Part shown: positions 50,583-60,601 of the stretch, in pieces
Numbering within the stretch: the first letter of the stretch is position 1
Layout of the letters: each line of letters opens with the position of its first letter
Assembly (NCBI RefSeq): GCF_031769215.1
Contig: NW_026782268.1
Location: forward strand, 2,108,001 to 2,168,601
Reading direction: 5' to 3'
Length of the DNA stretch: 60,601 nt
Source: Ylistrum balloti
Taxonomy: Eukaryota
Position numbers and translations under genes: made by a program
Notes under the pieces: generated by a model
The model's database searches: none
Told to the model about the DNA's origin: nothing
The model's input: only the letters and a program-made list of their open reading frames with translations

Positions 50583-50824
50583 CTCATCTGCAAAGCTCCA
50601 GACAATGAGATTGTCTCAGTAATCACGCTGAAGCTAATGAAAGAAAACAGGTTATACAGAATGTGGACGTCTACTGTGTGGTTTAGGTAAAACGCTGGTC
50701 GGAACTCGGGTGTGTAATCTCGGAACAAAGTGTCATTCAGTCTTTGCATGTCCGCCATTGTTCCCATGGAGGACCCATAAACGACCTCTAGCGACAGGAA
50801 TATGATCAGCGTCTTCAGAGACAT
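50583..50824 (-). CDS. Gene F coding exon 1 (242 nt from ATG 50824; alternative in-frame ATG at 50854)
   Basis: Signal peptide MSLKTLIIFLSLEVVYG, RDYTPEFRP, donor AG|gtttgt. Splicing gives GALQMSWTD. Confidence 0.87.
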
Positions 50825-52103
50825 AACGACAGGTTCACATCTTACGCACAACATCAGTTTTGTCTATGCAAATACTACAGTGGTCTGGTGTTGCTGGTGA
50901 TCATAAAATGCAGCTGCAGAAGAGATATTTTTTGTGTGTCTTGAAAAAATAGAGTTGTCACCAAAATCTGAAAAAATACAGTGTTTATACTTTACTTGAT
51001 TTTGCTTGGAAATAGTCAATTTTTCATAGAATATATTGAAAATACTAATTTACATTTTCTAATTATGAGAAAATATGGGATTTTTTCTTTATTTCATACT
51101 AACCGTCTTAGCAAACACACAAATACCCAGTTAATTATTGAGGTGTGCTGACAATGGATGCTCGGTTGTTCTTGTCTTTTTCTAATAGCACTACTGTAAT
51201 ATCACCAAAACACTGAGCATTTTTATTTCACTATCTAAACACTGATTTACGTTTGTGGATTTGCATGAAACATTCAGGTTATCAGTATTGCCTATTGATT
51301 TATTGAGTAACATTGCTACTGAAACACATTTGTGTCGGAAATGTGAACATCGGTTTGATATATTACACTGAAAGTTTCAATCAAAGTATCGACATCATAC
51401 GATATTCACATTTCCGGTATATGTATGATAATGTAAGCAATACTGATTACTTGAATGATTCAAGCAGCTCCACATACGTATATACAAAGTGTAGTGGTTT
51501 ATGATACAAACCTTTGTTGTTAACAGGACGAAAGAGCTAATCACAGTTCACAAAGATGAACTTAATAACACTTACCTACATAGTTTGTTGTATGACGGCA
51601 CACCTTCTAGACCTGTTAGCGACACTGTGTTGTGTTCTGCACAAGTAACCGCTCTATTTCTTTTCTTAAAGTTCTTAAAAAATTCAGACTAGATTAAGTT
51701 TCGCTTGTATCGTAATATCTACGTCAGCTCTTGTGTTATAAATAGAACATTAAAAATAGGTTGTGCAGCAACTGCTACTATGCTTCATGCTTACAAATAT
51801 CACTGACTGTTTTATCACTGTTTCGCATTAGTAAAGATATAATATACTCATATTAAACTTCAGGAAAGGTAAACACCACACGATGTAGAGCATAGAAATT
51901 ATTGACACCGCTAGTGAGTGTTTTAACTGTTAGATAACTAAATTATAATCAACCTAGACTCTACAACTAAGGGGAAGTAGGTTGTGGCCACATTATAAAT
52001 GTTTATCATTATCAAACAGGCACTATTGGCTACACTGCTGTTCTCAATTATGAATAGTCACTGAGAAGAACATATTTATTTATTTAAATGTTTTTAATTT
52101 GTA

Positions 52104-52122
52104 TATTATTATTATTATTATA

Positions 52123-52169
<47 letters not shown>
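52104..52169. repeat. (ATT)n microsatellite
   Basis: Read directly. Confidence 0.95.
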
Positions 52170-52171
<2 letters not shown>

Positions 52172-55100
52172 CTTTTATTTAACAAGGGTTACATATTTAG
52201 ACACTGTCTAGTTAACAAAATGGCCATGCAACAATAAATATATACCAGCATTATTGATAACAGTCAGAAACCAGAAGCCGTGTTACTATCGTGGATCTTC
52301 AAAGCAGAGTCAGATAATCATATTATTCCCTTTTGGTTTTGATATTCTTTTACTGTGCAGTCGTTTATGCTTCAATATTATCATCCTGGTCTGAGATGCA
52401 AGCTTCAAAAAATTAAATTACCATTATCATTGTTTTTTAGAGAAATGTATACTTCTATATATATGTACATCATAGATCTATTTCTTGTGTATAGCCATTT
52501 ATAACTCAATACCATGTTAAATGCTTTGTTATCACATCGTTTCTGGAGTAGCACCGTTTTTTGAGATAACGTCAGCTGCGTTGGAAAAAAGATATCAGAA
52601 AAATAATTGAAAGATGCCTGTTGATGAAGATTATAGAGAAATTCTGTTATCTCTTCAATCCGATGTTTGATTTCTTCATGCTGGTCCAAAGCGACCATCT
52701 TTATCCGTCGTTTCTGTTATCAATCCAGATTACATTCTTTCTGCCGGAACACTGAAAGGCTGGCTTACATAACTAGTAAAATAGATCAGGGAAGTTCAGT
52801 GCGGTACGCTCCAGGACACCTTACACCAAACGTACAGAATATACACATGGCGTTCTGCTGAAATCATAAAAGATATAAAAATTATATATATATTGACATT
52901 TCTCACGAACACTCCAATTCATTATAGCGACACCGCCAAAATTTTATGGCAGACGTTGTTCATACGACGAAAATCAACAACAACGTACACAGTTGTTAAG
53001 CAAAAGATGTTGAATACGTAAATAATCTATTTATTTCATTTGTTCACTTTAATATTTGCTTGCTATGATATGAAATCATTGAAATATTATCATGGTGATA
53101 ACTTTCTGGTATTCTAGTATTCCTAATACACCGTTATACAGTACCCTTAATCACGTATTAACGATAATATGCGATTTCCATACAACGCTGTGTTCAGCGT
53201 TTATACTTTTTTTCGCTGTTTGCAACACTAAAAAGGACTTTCCCGTCTATTTCCTCACATGTTTAGTTTAAACAATATTTTATATCCAATACTCAACAAT
53301 ATCACACATACAATGTACATATATATGGGATGTGAAAACAAGCTTAGAACTGATACTTATTTCTTTTCCGTGTAACGGCAAATAAATCTATAGAACTGGA
53401 AACGCATCAACTTGAATCGTAAAACGTTATAGATGTAGAAATCATCGTTCCAAGGGTTCACAATCTTCCGTGATTTGATTTAAATCGAGATTACCGTGCC
53501 TTCCCATGGTTGTTAAATTTTTTGTCAGTGTTTGTCAGGAAATTGCTAACACATCTTAAATATCTTTCGGCAATATGCACCATTACCCGTGTCTGTATTT
53601 AAGAATTTCATGTTGTAGAGAGTCAGAAACATCGGATCACTTTATAATTTATAATTCTAAATGTTAAAATAAACATATCCTCTAGATATCTGCAGAGCGA
53701 TTTTTTTATCCCATATCTTACAAATTTGAACTAATGTGTTGTTTTGTCTCATTTGATAATCGATAATGATACATATTGCATTAGTCTTAGGAGGCTTGTA
53801 CTTTCGATTCAGTACAAATCAAAATTTATATAAATTACTTTTCGACAACTGCATTATGCCGTCTTCTACAATAGGGAGTAAACTTTTCCTTCAATCCCAC
53901 GACATGATTATGTTGACTTTTTGTATGGTTAAAAAAGATGTGGTTTTGTTACAAAAGGTACCAGTGCATATTTTTCTGTCAAGATGAAAATGTGTTAAAT
54001 ATCTTTTTTATTCCTTATTTTAAAAATGTAAAATTATCATTAGATGATTAGCACGCTATAGAAAACACTACAGAGAATAACAGACATAAAACTTGATAGT
54101 ATTTGTGCGTCTGTTTGTGGTTGGCTTTACGTCCTCGAAACAGCTAGAGTAGATAGGCAGAAGAAAACACATTAGTAGGAATTTTCATATCAAAACTAAC
54201 GTTTGACAATGTATCACATAAAGAAACATTTGCAACAGTTAATCAAAATGGAGTTAAAATGCCCGAAAACAGTTTATATAATGATATTTAGACTACTTAA
54301 AAATATAAATGATAAATAAACAGGAAAAATATCCACTTATAAATGGTCGCGTGCTATTGTTAATGCATAACTGTTCGTAGGAAGCGGAACATCGATTTCA
54401 GTAGAATTATTCATCCGATTGTACCAAATGACGTTTTTATACAATGTATTTATAATTAATCATGAAATGCACTTTTATCATTACATTTGTGTGTTGACAG
54501 TACATCACAGAAGCTATTATACAAAAATCGTATCGGTGCAAAGCACTTACAGAATAGACTTATTTGAATAGTTACAGACAGTTTTTTCGTGTTTATGGGC
54601 CTAATTAGTTAATTGATGTGTTTAATGGTTCACTCGGATATTATCCAGTACCTCTTTCACATATTGATCAAAACATAGATGTACTTTTACGTGAATTGTC
54701 AGTACTGCCTCTGTGTGAACATTTGTATTGATTCACAAAGTAGAAACCCTTGTATAACCAGTGAAGAACAGAGACCACCATTTTCTCAATTTTATACCTC
54801 AATATATCTATTCTATTAAAGAGACTGATTATGAAAAAATTTAGCAGCTAGATTTGAGTTAAAGTTTAGAAATTAGATATTATCTCTGTCGAATGCATAA
54901 TGTGTTCGTTCTAACAATTTGAGTCAGCGATAAGTCTTTTCATACATCATAACGTTGTGGGAATGTCATCTACCTTTTCACACGGAACAAACTAAAGACG
55001 ATACAAGTTATTGTTTCATTAATCTATTGAAACAATTTAGTTGTTAACACATATTGATTGATAATCTTACTCATGGAAAACTTCTCTGGCTGCTCTGTTG

Positions 55101-55909
55101 TATGTATCTAGATTCTACATTCTTTAGACTTTTTAAACATTTATTTATGCAAAATATGTTAGCCTCAAATGGATTCTGATGCTAATGTAGTGTACAGCTA
55201 CGCCTATATTTCATTAGACTACAAAGTAACATAGTATGTCTGATACCAGGATGTTTACGACTGATTAAGAGCCAGCGGATCAAATTCAGGATACCAGTTA
55301 AAACACTTTATTGGGTTTATATGTATCAGTGATTCCACCACAGCTTTTTCCTATTCCACGAAAGCGTATGTGAATAGGTCATTTTCCATTCTTTCTGCAA
55401 TCGATTAGAAATAGAATATTAAATGAGAACTCATGTCCTGAATTTTGCTATGAAACGAAAACTTTAAAGATATTTTTAACGCATAAATCAGAAAAATACA
55501 CTTTGACAGGTTTTAAAGGCAAAATATGGAGGAAATCTTCATCAAAGGAAAACAGTTACTAAATTATGAACGCGTGCAGCCAGTGAAAATTCCCAGATTA
55601 CATCACACTAGTGATAGATATGTAAACTTATCGCAAGGCAACAAACGGATTATATCATAACAAATTTATTACTAAATAATTCCTATTTACAAATGATTTC
55701 TAACAATAAAGGATGATTTATTACTTTATTAGTAAAACAACTGGAATTGAAGCAAGAAATTAAATTAGAATGTAAATTTATGATATGTCGAATTACCGAG
55801 TATTATCGATTGAAATCAAATTCAGAAGGAATGTATTTGCGGCCTATGGTCATAGTGTTTAGTTATACCATACCGTGTAATTCGTTTCGTTTAGTGTTAA
55901 AATGGACAA

Positions 55910-56078
55910 TGTAGTGTTTAGATGTAGAGTAATGGGAAATAACTCTGTTTGTCTTATGTGTGGAGTTATCGTTCTTGTGAAACATCCGGGCATTATTATT
56001 AAAACAGGCGGCCATTGGAACGAGACCAGTTTTGTGTGTTATGATTCAATTCGGGCTCTGATTCAATTCGACACGACA
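55910..56078 (+). repeat. 5' LTR (169 bp)
   Basis: TGTAGTGT...ACACGACA termini (7/8 inverted match). Identical to the visible part of the 3' LTR except at 55948. Confidence 0.93.
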
Positions 56079-56081
56079 ATC

Positions 56082-56094
56082 TGGCGACGAGGAT
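56082..56094 (+). promoter_or_regulatory. Primer-binding site complementary to the tRNA-Ser(GCU) 3' end
   Basis: TGGCGACGAGGAT lies 3 nt after the LTR. It is the reverse complement of ATCCTCGTCGCCA, which I recall as the 3' end of metazoan tRNA-Ser(GCU). Confidence 0.75.
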
Positions 56095-56163
56095 ATTGCG
56101 AATACGTTAGTAAATGTATCAAGAACTGGTGTATGTAAGAAATACGAACTGTCATTTGTGAAA

Positions 56164-58983
56164 ATGTCTTCGATCGACCTGAATGGTATTGAGCCGTTCA
56201 ACGCACATGGTGACCCAGGTCATTTACAGCAGGAATGGAAGCGATGGCTTCGTAGTTTCGATTTATTTGCCACTGGCAAGGGTGTAACAGACAAGAAACA
56301 GTTGAAAGCGTTATTACTACACTGTGCAGGTGTACCAGTTCAAGACATCTATTTCACGCTAACAGAGGCGGAGGGAGGTGATGAGTATGCTGTAGCGGTA
56401 GCCACACTGAGTAAACATTTTGAAACAAAAATAAACGTGCCATACGAACGGTATGTATTTCGGTCAATGTGTCAGGAAGACGAGTCTATCGAACAATTCA
56501 TCACCAGACTCAGAAGACAAGCAGTTCTTTGTGAATTTGGGAACATTGAGGAACAAATAAGGGATCAAATAATAGAAAAATGTAAATCTCATAAACTTAG
56601 AACCAAATGTCTGGAAAAGGGGAAGGAATTGACACTTGATCAATTACGCACAATCGCGGCTACAATGGAAATGGCAGATGTCCAGGCTAAGAAAATGGAG
56701 TCTCCTCTAAGCTCAGTCAATCAGATAAACTTTGTGAAACAAAAGGACACAAAACGGTCAACAAGTAGTAGCACAAAGGCTTTATGTTTTCGATGTGGAC
56801 GTGAAGGTCATTTCGCGAAAGACTCAGGCTGTCCAGCGAAAAACAAAAAGTGCAATAAGTGTGGTAAGATGGGGCATTTTCGTGCATGCTGTAAAACAAA
56901 GGAACCACGTTGCCTAAAGGCAGAGAGGTCAACATTGTCAAAGGTCAAAGGTAAAGTGAACTGTGTAGAGTCAGAGGCAGAGTATGCATTTAGTGTACAA
57001 CACACAGATGCAGACAGACTTTCGTTCATGGTTGGTGGTCACAAAGTTGATATGGTTGTGGATAGTGGAGCGACAGTCAATATCATTGACAAGCCTACAT
57101 GGGAGGACTTAAAGAAAAGAAAGATTGTGTGTCGTTCAGAGAAAACTGACAAACGGCTGTATTCATATGGAGCAGATAAACCTTTATCGTTACTTGGCAA
57201 ATTTATTACTACGGTGTCTGTTGACGGAAGTGATGATGAAATTGAGGCTGCCTTTTATGTACTTGATGGCACAGGTTCGGCTTTATTAGGGAGGGCTACG
57301 GCAGTAGATCTCGGAGTGCTGAAAATTGGAGTCTACTCAGTCCATGATGATATATTGGATAAGTACAAGTCATGTTTTGGAGGAATTGGGAAGCTGAATG
57401 ACTTCAAATTGAAGCTTCATATTGATCCATCTGTAAAACCGGTGGCACAACCTATGTATAGGATTCCTTACAGTCTACGAGAGAAAGTCGGTGCTAAACT
57501 TGATGAACTTGAGGATCAGGACATTATCGAGAAGGTGAATGACCCAACCCCGTGGGTTAGCCCGGTAATAGTTGTCCCAAAACCTAATGGCGATATCAGG
57601 ATATGTGTGGATATGAGACAGGCTAATCAAGCTATAGTCCGTGAGAGACACCCAATACCCACTGTGGACGAGATACTGTACAATATGAATGGGAGTACAG
57701 TGTTCAGCAAATTAGATATGAAGTATGGATATCACCAGATAGAATTAGAAGATTCATCAAGGGAGATAACTACATTTGTGACGCATCAAGGATTATACAG
57801 GTATAAGCGGCTGATGTTTGGTATCAGTTCAGCACCAGAGAAGTATCAACAAATCATATCACAGACATTTCATGATTGTGAAGGGGTTCAGAATATATCC
57901 GATGATATTGTGGTTCATGGCAGGGATAAACATGAACATGATCAAAGGCTAGAGAAAGCATTGTGTAGACTGCAGGAAAAGAACTTAACTCTGAACAAGG
58001 AGAAATGCGAGTGGGGAATGGACAAGATCACATTTATGGGTCATGTATTGTCAAAAAATGGAATCGCGCCGACATCCGATCGTTCAAAGGCCATTATTGA
58101 GGCTCAGAGGCCACAAAGTGCATCTGAGGTGAGAAGCTTTTTAGGCATTGTCAACTTTAGTGCTCGCTATATTCCAAACTTGGCTACATTGTCTGAACCC
58201 TTGAGACGACTTACCAAGTCCAGTGTAAAGTTTTTGTGGGGACAGGAACAGGAGGATTGTTTTCGAGCATTAAAGGAAAGCCTTGTGAACGCAGATACAT
58301 TGGGACATTTCCGATTAGACGCAACAAAAACACAACTTGTGACTGACGCGAGTGATGTAGGTTTAGGGGCTGTACTCGTTCAGGAATCTGAAGGCGAGAC
58401 CAAAGTTATCAGCTATGCTAGTCGTACACTGACTGATGTTGAAAGAAGGTACTCAACCACAGAAAAGGAGGCCTTAGCAGTGGTTTGGGCATGTGGAAAG
58501 TTCCACATATACCTGTATGGCATTGATTTTGAGCTGGTGACAGACCACAAACCATTGGAAATACTGTATGGTCCAAAATCCAAACCTAACGCGCGTATTG
58601 AACGGTGGGTTATGAGACTGATGCCCTACAATTTTCGTATTAGGTATCAACCTGGTAAACAGAACATTGCTGACGCATTGTCGCGACTTGTGAAAAGGAA
58701 ACACAGTGGTGTAACAGATCTACAAACAGAAACAGAGCATTATGTCAGAGCTGTGGCAGAGAGAAGCACCCCAAAAGCAATGACAACTCGTGAGGTGGAG
58801 GAAAAATCCAAGTCTGATCCCGAGCTAACACTGGTGAGAAAGGCTTTATCTGCAGACCAGTGGGAAAAGGAATGTGTAAAGTATTATGCGGTAAAAGATG
58901 AACTGTCCCAGATAGGGTACCTGCTGTTACGTGGAACACGATTGGTTAACCAGCAGTGTTACGAACAGAATGTATTAAATTAG
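56164..58983 (+). CDS. Gag-Pol polyprotein (Gag with two zinc knuckles, protease, RT, RNase H), ended early by a frameshift
   Basis: CFRCGREGHFAKDSGC and CNKCGKMGHFRACC knuckles; VDSGATVN protease; WVSPVIVVPK, KLDMKYGYHQ and ISDD in RT; TDASDVGLGAVL RNase H. Confidence 0.93.
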   Translation: MSSIDLNGIEPFNAHGDPGHLQQEWKRWLRSFDLFATGKGVTDKKQLKALLLHCAGVPVQDIYFTLTEAEGGDEYAVAVATLSKHFETKINVPYERYVFRSMCQEDESIEQFITRLRRQAVLCEFGNIEEQIRDQIIEKCKSHKLRTKCLEKGKELTLDQLRTIAATMEMADVQAKKMESPLSSVNQINFVKQKDTKRSTSSSTKALCFRCGREGHFAKDSGCPAKNKKCNKCGKMGHFRACCKTKEPRCLKAERSTLSKVKGKVNCVESEAEYAFSVQHTDADRLSFMVGGHKVDMVVDSGATVNIIDKPTWEDLKKRKIVCRSEKTDKRLYSYGADKPLSLLGKFITTVSVDGSDDEIEAAFYVLDGTGSALLGRATAVDLGVLKIGVYSVHDDILDKYKSCFGGIGKLNDFKLKLHIDPSVKPVAQPMYRIPYSLREKVGAKLDELEDQDIIEKVNDPTPWVSPVIVVPKPNGDIRICVDMRQANQAIVRERHPIPTVDEILYNMNGSTVFSKLDMKYGYHQIELEDSSREITTFVTHQGLYRYKRLMFGISSAPEKYQQIISQTFHDCEGVQNISDDIVVHGRDKHEHDQRLEKALCRLQEKNLTLNKEKCEWGMDKITFMGHVLSKNGIAPTSDRSKAIIEAQRPQSASEVRSFLGIVNFSARYIPNLATLSEPLRRLTKSSVKFLWGQEQEDCFRALKESLVNADTLGHFRLDATKTQLVTDASDVGLGAVLVQESEGETKVISYASRTLTDVERRYSTTEKEALAVVWACGKFHIYLYGIDFELVTDHKPLEILYGPKSKPNARIERWVMRLMPYNFRIRYQPGKQNIADALSRLVKRKHSGVTDLQTETEHYVRAVAERSTPKAMTTREVEEKSKSDPELTLVRKALSADQWEKECVKYYAVKDELSQIGYLLLRGTRLVNQQCYEQNVLN

Positions 58984-60149
58984 CTCACCAGGGACACCTT
59001 GGTATTGTCGCTACAAAGCAACAGCTACGAACTAAAGTGTGGTGGCCAACTTTAGATAAGGACGTAGAGGCTTATGTCAAGTCATGTCATGGCTGTCAAG
59101 TGGTAAGTTCATTGCCACGGCCCGAGCCCATATCGCCGACCCCTATGCCATCAGGACCATGGCAGGATCTCTCGATAGACCTGCTAGGACCTTTACCGTC
59201 AGGACACTACGTGTTTGTTGTAATAGACTATTACAGCAGATATTATGAAGTGGACATTACAAAGGATATATCTAGTGAAAGGATGATTGATGCACTTGAG
59301 AACATGTTTGCACGTTATGGACTTCCGGTATCGATTACATCAGATAACGGTCCTCAGTTTGTGTCGGCCTTGTTCGAGGAATTTCTATGTGATAATGGAA
59401 TTCATCACAGACGTGTTACTCCGCTCCACCCAGCAGCAAATGGAGAGGTGGAACGACAGAACAGATCTATCATGAAACGAATACGTATTGCTCATGCTGA
59501 ATCACGTGACTGGAAGAAAGATTTGAGAACTTATCTTTTGGCATACAGGGGCACGCCCCATGCTGTAACAGGTGTTTCTCCAGCAGAGTTAATGTTTGGG
59601 CGTAAATTGAGGAATAAAGTACCTCAACTTGATGTTCATCGGAATGAAACCATCGAAGAAGGAGTTCGTGATAGAGACTGGTTTGCAAAAGTCAAAAACA
59701 AACTTTACATTGATGAAAAACGTGGTGCAAAGGAATCAGATCTAGTTGAAGGAGATCAGGTGTTAGTTAAACAGTCGAGGAACAATAAGCTAAGTTCTCC
59801 ATTCAACCCAACTCTGTTTAAACTCCAAAGGAAAGTTGGAAATCAGTGTACTCTTGTTTCTCCTGAGGGAGTTGAGTATAAGCGTAACAGTACACATGTA
59901 AAAAAGTACGTTCAGAGTCCAGAGTCTCTGGTAGAGAGCAAATCTACAACTGCTACTTCTGAAAGTGAAAGTTTGACCATGTCTGACAACAATGTATCGA
60001 AGCAGGACAAAGCCGATGACGATGTCATGCATAGGTCTACTAATGATGGAATGGAATCAAACTTGTCACATCAGGTGGAGATCCCGCGATCAAGACCAGT
60101 GCGCGAGAAAACTAAGCCTAAGCGGTTTGATGATTTTGAAATGACATAA
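58950..60149 (+). CDS. Integrase portion of Pol (out of frame because of a 1-nt deletion near 58948)
   Basis: HQGHLG..CHGC zinc-binding region, IDLLGP / SDNGPQF / NGEVERQNR catalytic D,D,E, and GRKLR. Confidence 0.9.
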   Translation, partial: PAVLRTECIKLAHQGHLGIVATKQQLRTKVWWPTLDKDVEAYVKSCHGCQVVSSLPRPEPISPTPMPSGPWQDLSIDLLGPLPSGHYVFVVIDYYSRYYEVDITKDISSERMIDALENMFARYGLPVSITSDNGPQFVSALFEEFLCDNGIHHRRVTPLHPAANGEVERQNRSIMKRIRIAHAESRDWKKDLRTYLLAYRGTPHAVTGVSPAELMFGRKLRNKVPQLDVHRNETIEEGVRDRDWFAKVKNKLYIDEKRGAKESDLVEGDQVLVKQSRNNKLSSPFNPTLFKLQRKVGNQCTLVSPEGVEYKRNSTHVKKYVQSPESLVESKSTTATSESESLTMSDNNVSKQDKADDDVMHRSTNDGMESNLSHQVEIPRSRPVREKTKPKRFDDFEMT

Positions 60150-60443
60150 CTTTGTGTGAAAGTGAAGTTTTGCATAGTTGGATTACAGTGACATTGTGAT
60201 TCAAGTGTAGTTTAATTTTCAAGTCCTAAGTAAGGAATGTTTTACAGGAACTGAGTTTTAAATTTTAACAGTTAGTGTGTTACATGGACTTGAATACAGT
60301 GAAAATTTAGTATTCTCCATGAACTGTGTTAATTTGGAAATTTTGAGTTTAAATTTAAATTGATAAAAGTTGTCTGATCATATCAAATAGAACTTTGAAG
60401 ATTTTTGAAAGGCAATAATATTCATTGTAATAGTGACAGTCTT

Positions 60444-60457
60444 AAGAGGGGAGAAGA
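60444..60457 (+). promoter_or_regulatory. Polypurine tract
   Basis: AAGAGGGGAGAAGA directly abuts the 3' LTR TGT. Confidence 0.9.
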
Positions 60458-60601
60458 TGTAGTGTTTAGATGTAGAGTAATGGGAAATAACTCTGATTGT
60501 CTTATGTGTGGAGTTATCGTTCTTGTGAAACATCCGGGCATTATTATTAAAACAGGCGGCCATTGGAACGAGACCAGTTTTGTGTGTTATGATTCAATTC
60601 G
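60458..60601 (+). repeat. 3' LTR (first 144 of a predicted 169 bp)
   Basis: 143/144 identical to the 5' LTR. Confidence 0.95.

Larger units (their letters stand above)
55910..60601 (+). mobile_element. Ty3/Gypsy LTR retrotransposon (Mag-like, inferred), near full length; 3' LTR cut by the window end
   Basis: Paired LTRs, PBS, PPT and gag-PR-RT-RH-IN domain order. No env ORF. Confidence 0.96.

Noticed and set aside
4127-50824. Calling the receptors alpha subunits, named CHRN orthologues or prokaryotic pLGICs (GLIC/ELIC)
   Set aside because: No vicinal cysteines and too divergent for orthology by eye. The disulfide Cys-loop, signal peptides and spliceosomal introns show they are metazoan.
51501-53720. 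Possible extra exons or a seventh receptor pseudogene upstream of F (ORFs at 51501, 52405, 52667 and a stop-riddled stretch near 53400-53650)
   Set aside because: No Cys-loop, WxPD or TM motifs found in the frames examined, and no consistent splice chain. tblastn with genes A-F would settle it.
58940-58983. Programmed ribosomal frameshift before integrase
   Set aside because: No slippery heptamer; the shift falls inside a conserved RLVIP motif and is fixed by a single T. Gypsy frameshifts occur at the gag-pol boundary.

Overview
AT-rich eukaryotic DNA, most likely a bivalve mollusc (inferred from the repeat families and receptor type; not provable here). Bases 4.1-50.9 kb hold a tandem cluster of six divergent Cys-loop (nAChR-like) pentameric ligand-gated ion channel subunit genes, called A-F here. 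A (+) and B, C, D (-) have intronless coding regions. E and F (-) are three-exon genes that I reassembled by hand from GT-AG sites (242/201/811 and 242/201/808 nt). B and C sit in a recent ~5.2-kb tandem duplication. All six keep the Cys-loop, four TM helices and a cation-type M2. None has the loop C vicinal cysteines, loop A Tyr or loop D Trp needed for classical acetylcholine binding, and E/F also lack the loop B Trp. The best candidate for an undescribed system is therefore an array of orphan, possibly chemosensory, ionotropic receptors, analogous to cephalopod chemotactile receptors. The rest of the window contains Penelope-like retroelement fragments, a minimal type I hammerhead ribozyme, SINE, Tc1 and Helentron-like remnants, three minisatellite arrays (55/58, 27 and 36 bp), an imperfect inverted repeat and a 227-N gap. 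A young Ty3/Gypsy LTR retrotransposon with one 1-nt frameshift runs from 55910 off the window end.
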